Origin: Vitrella brassicaformis CCMP3155
Lineage: Eukaryota > Protista > Chromerida
Direction: 5' to 3'
DNA: 64,000 nucleotides
Assembly: GCA_001179505.1 (NCBI GenBank)
Contig: CDMY01000385.1
Span: 310,001 to 374,000, forward strand
The notes beneath the pieces are model-generated. The model saw nothing but the letters and a program-made list of their open reading frames with translations, had not been told where the DNA came from and ran no database searches. This document shows positions 54,620-64,000 of the stretch, in pieces. Position 1 is the first letter of the stretch. Every line of letters begins with the position of its first letter. The position numbers and the translations under genes were made by a program.

Positions 54620-57107
54620 TCACAGCCGCTGCTGCTGTGTTGACGTCACCTGAGAGCACACAGTTTCGCAGGTGGATATGTATAAAAACAAACGTGTGTC
54701 CGTCGCGGGCTGGACTGTCCGTGTGTTTGTCTGACCTTGACATCGACGAGTCTGCCGCCCCGGAGCAGCTGCAGCTTGACTGTATCGCCAGTGCGGTAAC
54801 CCATGCTCTCAAACACCTGGACACACGCAAGCAACCAAGAATCAACCGAGTGTGTCTGTGTTGGCGTGTTGGTGCCCCTGTCCTGTGTTCGGGTGTGCAA
54901 TGGTGTACCTCGAAGTGTGAGTAGACAGGCTGCCCGTTGACAGAGAGGATGAGGTCCCCACTCCGGATGCCCGCCTCCTCTGCTGGCGTGCCACCCTTCA
55001 CCTGTGTGGTAAGACGACGCACGCTCCATGCACACACCCTCCCTCCCTCCCTCCCTCCTGCTTGCTGCCCATACCATCCAGACACACACATGCCTCACCT
55101 CACCTGAGCGACGAGGACGCCTCTCCTTGCCTTCTCCCCCCCTGGATGGTGGTGGGTGTCGGGGGTGTGTGCCGCCTTGGGGTGCAGCAGCTTGTCCCAG
55201 AACCGGCCGGCGCCCGACCCGCTGCCCTCATCCTTCTGAACCGTCTCCTCGCCCTCTACCTCATCCACATGATCCTTCAACACCATACCTGAACACGACA
55301 CGTACAAACAAAGAAGCTGAGCTGGTACAAACTTGCTGATGTCACGTCACGGCATCCATCCATCCTACCGAGGTATGGGAAGGTCCAAGAGCCCGTCTCT
55401 TCGATACAGGAGGCGACGCCGTGGACATGCTGGATCGGCAGGGCCAAGCTAAGACAGACAGACAGACACATCGACCAAATCAAGAAGGGGTGGAAAATAT
55501 GGGCCGAGGGATGAATTGATGAGTGGTGTCGTGTGTCTGCGGTGGCTACCCATATTCTTGGAACTTCTTGACCACCATGGCGACCACCTTGCCGTGGACA
55601 TCGCACACGGGTGCGCCGGACATGCCGGGGATGGTGATCATGCCCATCTGAATGAACCGGATCCGCTGCCCCTCCTCCAACTTGCGAAACGACTGGACGA
55701 ACGGCAAGCATATTTATGTATGTGCTGTATCATAATCCGCTGGTGATGGTGTCTGCTGAGCCACGTACTTGTCTTGGTTGGCTGACGGTGCCCATGACAG
55801 CTACTGGCTCGTCGCCGTACTGATGCACAAGACAGACAGACAGACACACAGACACACAGAGGAAGGGTGCGGTGCATCCGCCATACATGACGGAGGCTGA
55901 CTGATCGAATTACCTGTGTGGTGCCATAGGTGACGACCCACTCTCCCTGCCGAGGACGCTCACGGAGGTTGGCTGCACCAGTCGTTCCGTCATGTCAAGT
56001 GAATGAATGGCATACGAGATTGAGAGACTGCAGTGTTTTCGTTTCTTTGAAGTACTTACCGAAAGTCACGGCGGGGAGCTGCAGGGGCTTGGGGGGCATG
56101 ATCTGAAGCACCGCCACATCAGCATCTGGAGTGAGTGGAAAAAATCGACAGGCAGCAGCGTCTCGTCTCCCGGACCGCAGATCAATGAGGGTGTGGTGCG
56201 GTTCTTACCGCTGCTTTTGCCCCTGACGTTGGCCCTGAACCACCTGCCGTCGCTCATGCGGACGAAGTACTGGAAACCGCCAGGCGTCCCGGGCGGCGGC
56301 TGGGCCTGACACGACACGTGGATGTAAGCCATCACATCGACGCATCCACACACGGCACCTCAATCAATGCTTGTGGTTCCCTCGCTCCCCTTACCTCAAA
56401 GAGATGGCCAGCAGTCAGCACAAAGCCTGATCGCAAACACACCCCACATGATATCATAATGGGTCGATCGGCGGGGCCCCCACCTTCCCCTCCCTCACTC
56501 CCCCCTCCCTGCCTGGCTCATGCACCGCACCTTCCGGCTTGTAGATAAAGCCCGAGCCCAGGTAGATGGCGTCCTTGAGGGGCTGGTGCCGCTCCGCAGA
56601 CGCATATATCCTGACCATTGCAGGCCGCAGCTGGTCAAACAAGTGGGCGAAACCCGACTGGAAGTCCAGCATCCCAACCGATGCAGACGGGGGGGACGAG
56701 GGGGGGCTTTCGGTTGCTGATGGCTCCTCGCAGCGGCAAGCAGATGGGCGTTGAGAGGGGGACAGCCATGACAGAAGCAGTAACACAGCAGCCATACCGG
56801 TCAGTGGGAAGAGGATGGAGGGGGCGTCTGCTGTAGGGTCCCAAGATGCTTCAGAGCCACACGGGAGGAGGCGAGGATGGTGCTGATAGCAGAGTCGCCT
56901 CCACGCTGTTTCGTGCTGCTGCGGGAGAGGGCCACGCATCCATCGGGTCACTGCACCCGTCACGTGTGGATGTGTTTGGTCGTCGCAGCGGGGTGTTGCA
57001 TCGCAGCTGGGCTGCCATGTCGTTTGCTGCTGCAGGTGCTGGCTCCGCAGCCTCCCCAGAGCTGCCAGCACCCTCCTCCGAGCGCCGACGGGAAGAGCCG
57101 TCCTCAT
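54620..57107 (-). CDS. HtrA/DegP-family serine protease (trypsin-like + PDZ), HtrA2-like mitochondrial topology
   Basis: Arg-rich leader MRTALPVGARRRVLAALGRLRSQHL, then a TM-like LFPLTGMAAVLLLLSWL. LGSGFI, triad LTAGHL / DVAVLQ / PGMSGAP, ALPI, PDZ YLGMVL...GVLVAQVKGGTPAEEAGIRSGDLILSVNG. About 12 exons, ending VTSTQQQRL*. Confidence 0.88.
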
Positions 57108-57211
57108 CCAGTCAACAAGGAACGGAGATCTTTGAATAAGACGAACGATTCGTGGGCAGGTGAGCCGTAGGGAAGCGCTCTGCGTGCCTTTTGCGGACGT
57201 GGCGATCCGTC

Positions 57212-57219
57212 TGCGAGCT
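57212..57219 (+). promoter_or_regulatory. TGCGAGCT element, HtrA/LMF spacer
   Basis: tgcgagcttagct, inside a 258-bp spacer. Confidence 0.65.
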
Positions 57220-57364
57220 TAGCTCCAGGGGGAGCAGAGGCCCGCCTTTTTCTGTATCTTCGTTGGAGAGACCGACATCTTGCTTTTGAAGCGGCGGCCA
57301 TCCCATGTTTCCAGCTGACTGTCTTCCATCGTGGCTCAGACGCTGATAGTCGTTCAGCGTCAGG

Positions 57365-60226
57365 ATGAGGCCGCATCAATTTTCCTCCGTGGCTGCCGCC
57401 CTGCCGCTGTGGCTCATCTACGTGGCCTCACTGCGCCCCTCGTCCCCCGTTCTCTCTTCCTTTGCTATCGGCCCTTTACCTGCCGCTCTCTCTTCCAAGC
57501 GCCTGCCCACATTTCATCCATCGCACAGCTGCTGCAATGGTCGCAGGGGACTCGCAGCTCCGTGGGTCATGATGGACGATGAGAGGGGCGGAGAAGATTC
57601 GGTGCTCACCTTCCACAGCCCGCCTCGTGACAGCAGCATTTTGCCACCATCGGAGTCGCTGCCTGACGGGACCACCGGCAACAAAGCAGCATCGCCTAAC
57701 GCCACTGCAGCAGTGTCGGCTACACGAGAGGAGCCGTATCCAGATGAGAACGAGAATGGCTCGCGAGGCAGGACCTTCCCCCTCCACCGGCTGGCAAAGC
57801 TCGTCAGAGCGAGGAGGAAGAAACTGGCTCACGACACCACGAAGACGGCGGTCCGTCCGTCCCGGCCGCTGCACTCGTATCTCACGCCCCGGGTAGGACG
57901 GTCGTTTCTGCGCTCTTTCCTGGTTCTCGGCGCTCTATTCCCATTCAGCGGGCTGCTGGCTCGGCTATGGGGTGCCAAGTGGGTGGCTGGGGCGCCACCG
58001 TTACACCACACCTTCTACCTGAGTCGGTTTCTCTTCTTCCGTCTGTTGGGCGTCACTGCTGCTGGGGCCTTCCTCTCCATCGCAGCACAAGGTAGGCCCG
58101 CAGACCAGACACACACACAGTGGGTGCACTGCGGCATCCATCTCTTACGTCACGTACTCTTTTTCTGTATCACTGGATGTCGTTAGGCAACTCTCTGTTT
58201 GGTCCACAGGGGATCCAGCCCCTCTCCAGAGGCATTGCCGAGATCCGGCGACAATATAGGTTGCTCTCTGTGAAGGATAAGCTCCGTGAGCTGCCGTACG
58301 GCCTGACAGCCATGATATGGGGCGAGGGCAGCAGGGGGCGGGTGAGGGGCGTGATGGCTCTTGGAGTGTTGGCGGCGGTGATGAGCGTGTGCCACTGGGG
58401 AGGGCCGGTGCAGCCTCTGCTGCTGGCCACGCTGTATAGTCTGTACTTTGCTGTCATTCAGGTCAGTCCTGAAGTATCTGGATGAGTCAACCAAGCAACG
58501 GGGAAGAGGGAGATCGACAATTGGCCAGTTGGTGTCGTGTTCTGCATCTGTGTCATGCAGGCAGGCGACTCCTTCCTGACATACCAGTGGGACGTCCTGT
58601 TGTGCGAGTCGCTGCTGCTTGCCACCATTGCTGCCATCCCTTCCCCCAACTGGCTGGCACACAGGTACCTATGCCTATCTGCATGATCGCGTCGACGGAC
58701 GAACGAATCGGATTGTGCCCACACTTGCTGTGCGTTACTCCCTTCCGTCAGGTTGTCGATGCTCCCACTTCAGCTCCTAGCTTTTCGGTACGCAAGGAGC
58801 GCATTTTGTGCGGGGAGGGGAGACAGCACCCGCCAGCCGCACACCACACCCACGCCTCCTCCTTTTCTCTCTGTCTGTCCGTGTGTTGTTTCTTTCGCAG
58901 TTTGATGTTCATGTCCGGCGTGGCCAAGCTGGCAAGTGCAGATCCGACGTGGTCCAATCTCACCGCACTGGATTATCACTTCCAAACCCAGCCGCTGCCC
59001 AAGCCTGCCGCAGCTCGGCTGCATCGGATGCCGCGAGCTGTCCTCCGCTTCGGGACGGCCCAGACCTTGGCAGTGGAGGTGCTGGCGCCGTTTCTCCTCC
59101 TCTGGCCCTTCTCATACGCCAGGACAATCGGTGAGTGATGCGAGAGGGGCAGCAGGTGCTGACTGACACGTGCGCTCTTGTCGATCGTCGTCTTGCCTCC
59201 TTTCTTCGTCTCACAGGTTTCGTGTTGCAGCTGATACTGCAGCTGGGCATCATGTATGCGGGACACTTTGGCTTCTTCAACTTCCTCACCATCGCGCTGC
59301 TCACCACCACCCTCGACGACGCCACCCTCATGCCACTCGCCAACGCATGCCGCGACGCATTGGCAAGCACCCCGCTCGCTCAGCTCTCTCTCCCAGCTGT
59401 CGGCCAATGGCTCCAAAGTCAGATCGGGACATCAGCTTTATCAATGAAGCGTCTCGCTCTCTCGTCAGCGCCCTTTGGTTTGGTCGCCACACTCATAGCG
59501 GGTGTGTACTGCTTGACCATGACGCGGGCGCTGCGGTTGGGTGGGGGGATGGGGATGTTGCGGTCCTGGCGGAGTGTGGTGGGGAGCTTTCTGGTGGGGT
59601 CGCCGTACGGCCTGTTTGCGAGCATGACAACCAGGCGACAGGAGATCATCCTGGAGGGCAGCGCTGACGGGCAGACTTGGTGGGAGTTCCATCATCGGTA
59701 CAAGCCTGATGCGATCGACAAGGCTCCAAAGCCGCTGGCACCACTGCACATGCCCCGTGTCGACTGGAACTTCTGGTTCCTGCCGTTGCAAGGTGAGCAA
59801 CCGCACTCGAAAGGATGGGTCCACCTCCCTCCGTCAATGCCCATGTCATGTCCCCTGTGCCCTTCTCCCCCCATCCACTCCCATCCACACACAGGTGGAG
59901 TAGCGTCGAGCCCGTGGTTCTTTTCCCTCGTCAGGCTGATCCTCGAAGGCTCGCCTGACGTGTATCGCATCTTCACACGCAGCACACGGCGGGCAGCCGA
60001 CACTGATGAATGGACAGCCGCCGTGGGCAGCAAGAACGACACGTCGCGAGAGCTGCTGCCGTTTTCCCCTGCAGAGCCGCCCAAGTACGTGCGTGGCAAA
60101 TTGTATACATATGAGTTCAGTGGGGGTGCGGGTGGCGGGGAGGGCGGGGGCGAGTGGGAGGAGGGCAGGCACTGGCGGCGCAGGCTCGATGGTGTGTATC
60201 TGCCGCCGGTTGCGCTGAGGCCGTGA
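57365..60226 (+). CDS. Lipase maturation factor (LMF1/2)-like membrane protein with a bipartite (signal + transit) leader
   Basis: RFLFFRLLG...AF, LFGPQGIQP, FLTYQWDVLLCES, LMFMSGVAKL..DPTW..LTALDYHFQTQPLP, LQLGIMYAGHFGFFNFLTI, YGLFASMT..RQEIILEGS, YKP...P..LAPLHMPRVDW..WF. Confidence 0.9.
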
Positions 60227-60621
60227 GTGAGTGAGTGATCGATAGTAAGGAGTGATTGAGTGGTTTGGTTGTGTGGCTTGGTTGTGTGGCTTGGTTGAGT
60301 CTTGGTCGTGGGTCATGCGGACGCGATATATATACTTAGTAGGTGGGACCTGGGTGTGCACTGTGGCGTGAAGCGCAGGAATGCGTTGTTCAAAAAACAG
60401 AAAAGCGCACATACAGCAGGGCGATAGGGTCTCCCCCCCTGAAACGGAATCACGTCAGTCAGCAACAGTGCAACGATGGCTCACGCACGTATCGTTCGCC
60501 GCAGCTGACCTCCCTAAGCAATTGATGTTCGCTCCCTGACAGGCGAGAAAACACGAAGCGAACGCTGCTGAGATTCATCCGTCAAGTGCTGCCCCCGGTT
60601 GATGCGTTGCGTTTCCCTCAG

Positions 60622-62886
60622 GTGTTTGCACGGCAGATCCTTGGCACAGTTCGGATGGAGCTCTGTCAGCCCGAGAGCCGTCCGAAAGAGATGGCGGCGG
60701 ATCTGCACGGGGCAGGTGCTGCCGTCACATTGGTGCAGGGGCTGGAGAGGCTCCACGTCCTGGACTTCGAGTTCAGCCTCTCAAGGATGCAAGTCATGCC
60801 CATGTACGCCAGACATTCAAACAAACTTTGCAGGATGGATGGGTGGTCAACGCAGTCAGCTACACAACACCCTCTGCAAAGACAGACAGTCGCTCTCTCC
60901 CTGACTCTGTCTGCTGTGGTGTGTTGTGGTGCAGCCTGACTGAGCTGCTGTCGGCCAAGCGTCCCCGGACGCCCCGACCCACAGGCACGTCCACACAGCA
61001 CAGCACACGCAAAACTAAGGCGAGGCAAAGCACACATGTACAGAAGCAATGCTTCTTGTGCGCCTTTCCAGGGTCTGTGTGCGGCGTCGGCCTCAGCAGC
61101 AGCATGGTGGCGACGGGAGAGGCCAAGATGAGGGCCGTGCAGGGGCTCAAGAATGAGCTGGAGGCCTTCAGGGAGGAAATGAACAAACTACACAAGGCCA
61201 TCGAAGACGATCTCGACAGACTGTAAGACAAAACCCCTCTCACTCAAACACAGACAAAGGGTGGATGGATGGACGAATGGATGCCTTCACGGTGTTTTTC
61301 TGGATGTGTCAGGAGTGTTCACCTGCCCATCAAGTCTCTGTGCCGCCTGCGGCAGAGCGACATCCTGGGCTATCTGACGTGCGGCGGCACACGTCACCCT
61401 CCCACACAGGCCATCACTCTCCTCCATCCATCACCCACCCTCCCCCACACAGACCCGCCCAAAGAGCACAGCCACACGTCCAAGTCCCGCTACGCCATCT
61501 GCTCGCCAGCCATTGGCGACGACTCAGACCTCCTCAAGCGTGCACAGGACGCGGCCAACAAGGCCATGCTCCGCCGACTCGAGGAGTTCATCCGCGATGA
61601 ACGACGAGACACCGTCCGTCTCATTACCCCACCCGCCCTGCAGCGGTACAGCCAGCAGCTGGCGGTGCTGGCTGGCCGTGTGCAGAGGGTGCGTGAGCTC
61701 AAGGTGGCCTTGCGGCAGTGTCTGGCCAAGGGGGTGGTGATGGAGCTCCACCTGGACGAGGAGGGCCGGCCGACCAAGAAAGCCAAACAAGGTGGGGGTG
61801 GTGTCGGTGGTGGGGATGAGGGGTATCATGGGGATGACGAGAGCGGCGATATGGAGATGGACGACGGGGAGCTGGTCGAGGACGAGTGCCGTGACGAGAG
61901 GGAGATCAGAGGCTCGTTCGGTTCGCCGCCCCCGTGCCCCCCTCCCACACTCATCGACGAGCCGCCCGAGACTGCACACAAGGAGGCATCGGCCAGCAGC
62001 ACCAAGACGAAGCTGCCCGAGCCCCCGAGCTTCTGCCGTCGGACCGTCAGCTGCCGTGAGGCCCTCATCAACTCAGGCGAGAACCTGCGCCAGATCCACC
62101 TCATTCTCGACCTTGACGCGACCCTGGTACGCGTATATCAAAAGGATTGTCCAATCCCCTCTCTCTATCGTTATGCGTGTGTGTGTGTGTGTGTGTATGT
62201 GATTTCCTGCCTCTTGTCAGGTGCACGCCGACGCCGTTCAGGCCATCGCAGTAGAGAAGCGCCGTCCCGTGCCGGACGCCTACCAGGTGCGTCTTCCCCG
62301 AAGGGTTTGGTTGAATGGGCACAAACCCTGGGGGGTTACAACTGTCTTCGTTGTATCAGGCTGACGACCCGCCCCCGCCCCTGTTCCAGCCGGCATCGCG
62401 GCTCAAGCGCCTGTCACCCAGCAAGAGAGTGGCCGGCAAGGACGACGACGGTGCTGCCGTGGCTGCATCGGGGGGCAAGGCGAAGACGCCCCGCGATGTG
62501 CTCGAGGAGGCCGAGGCGAGGCTCATCTCCAAGAAGGTGGAATTCTTCGCAAAAGGCGCGTACGTCGACCGACTGGTGAGAGAGGGAGAGGGAGAGGGAG
62601 ATGGAGGGATCATGTGTTGGATGAATATTATTGCGTTCTCTTTGCCTCAGGTGGAGTATCAGCTGTTTGTGCGTCCTGGCGTGGTGGAGTTGCTGCAGGA
62701 GGTGAAGCGTACACAGAGCAAGCAAGGCAATCGTGTGTGTACTTACGTGTGTTGTGTCTGCGCGTGTGTGTCTGCGCGTGTGTGCAGGCGTTCCAGTGCC
62801 GTCCTGGCGACCGCGGGTTCTTCAAGGTCCACATCTGCACACTCGGCAAGGAGGCCTACGCAAAGGTACGTGGGGACCACCACACA

Positions 62887-62920
<34 letters not shown>

Positions 62921-64000
62921 ACTGGAACATCCCTCTCTCCCTGCCTCCCTCCCTCTTTCAACACATGTCTGTGTCCCTCGATGTCTTTCCGTCAGGCCAT
63001 TCAGAAGACACTCGAGGACATGATGAGTGAGACAGCGCCCAATACACACTTGCCTGCCTGCACTAGTGGAAGGACACATGGGTGTGGTGTGGTGCAGGAG
63101 ACGCCGGTGTGCGCGACTTTGTGTTTGGCGAGTTGGTGGCGTACGAGCACTTCGAGCGGCACCACAAGATTCAGAATCTGCGGTCCACCTACTCCAGACC
63201 GTCCCCCGTCTACAAGAAGCTGTAAGTAAGGCACACTCTGACTGACACCGACACACGCCACGCCAGACAGCGAGACACATACACACGCGCACTCACCCCA
63301 CCCTGCACGTGTCTATGGATGTGTGTGTTGTGTGCAGTGCGGTGTTGGCTGAGAAGCTCAAAATGAAGCTCTATGACCTCCAATGCAACGCAATCATCCT
63401 CGACGACTCGCCGGGCGTGTGGATTGAGGATTTCGCGGTAGGTAAAACTGACTGACGAGCCAAAACATCCCACCCTGCCGCACATTCTTGGTTGTGTGTC
63501 ATTCAGCATGTGGTGCCGTCGGTGCGTTGGTGTCGCTGGCCGAGTGATTTCATGAGCCGGCATCTGGCCTGGGCCATCGAGGCGGACCCACCGCACACAC
63601 AATACGTCACCGACAGACAGCTATACACGTGAGCGACCCAGCGATACACACACATCTATCTATCCATCCATCCAAGCCACCCATCCATCCGCCCTCTGTG
63701 GCTGCTTTGTCCCTCAGGTTTACTGAGTTGCTCAAGGAGGCTCGGACACATCTGTTAGCCTCCCTCTGTCCACACCTGCATGGCCTCATCACTGGATGGT
63801 TTAATTAGGTTCGCGCCCGGCGGCAGCTGCGCCATCACAGCCCTCAACCGCTCCATCAGCACACACATCAACCTCACCATGACCGCACCCGAAGTCCCCG
63901 AAGGTCAGTCAATCAATCAATCAGTCAGTCAGTCCCTCCCTCTCCGTCCATCCACCCTCGTCCCCTTCTCTTTGTATGTGTTCACATGCAGGTATGCGGG
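60622..64000 (+). CDS. FCP1/CPL-like HAD phosphatase (NIF/FCPH domain); start uncertain, 3' end outside the window
   Basis: HLILDLDATL|VHA (DxDxT, 62109-62123), LFVRPGVVELL, ICTLGKEAYA, AIILDDSPGVW. Long acidic/coiled N-terminal region. Confidence 0.8.

Noticed and set aside
54620-54631. HtrA C-terminal QRL as a peroxisomal PTS1
   Set aside because: Weak non-canonical tripeptide; the N-terminal presequence plus TM argues for HtrA2-like mitochondrial targeting.

Overview
Intron-dense eukaryotic DNA, GC-rich, with short introns full of microsatellites. The style, a bipartite plastid leader and an apicomplexan-like RRM-WW-RRM protein suggest a chromerid alveolate such as Vitrella (inference). 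I reconstructed about 17 genes by hand from GT-AG junctions. In order: the 3' end of a START-like gene; a ~2,600-aa secreted LamG-like + CGDG Cys-repeat + ~22 Sushi/CCP protein carrying reading-frame lesions; a hypothetical; a DDX5-type DEAD helicase with a C-terminal KH domain; exportin-7; a syntaxin-8-like Qc-SNARE; a long coiled-coil protein; an intronless orphan; pterin-4a-carbinolamine dehydratase; a CELF-like RRM-WW-RRM protein; DCP2; a heme-less sulfite-oxidase-family enzyme with a signal peptide; a Caprin/PYM-hairpin + RGG protein; an AlkB dioxygenase; an HtrA protease; a lipase maturation factor-like protein with a plastid leader; and an FCP1-like phosphatase running off the end. Three 300-N gaps are flanked by G/C homopolymers. 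Most striking: (i) 14 genes form 7 head-to-head pairs and all 7 short spacers carry TGCGAGCT; (ii) introns place AC-rich repeats 5' and complementary GT-rich repeats 3', suggesting structure-assisted splicing; (iii) the Sushi gene has TGA exactly at an invariant Trp, plus frameshifts. All family calls come from motif recognition by eye, with no database searches.
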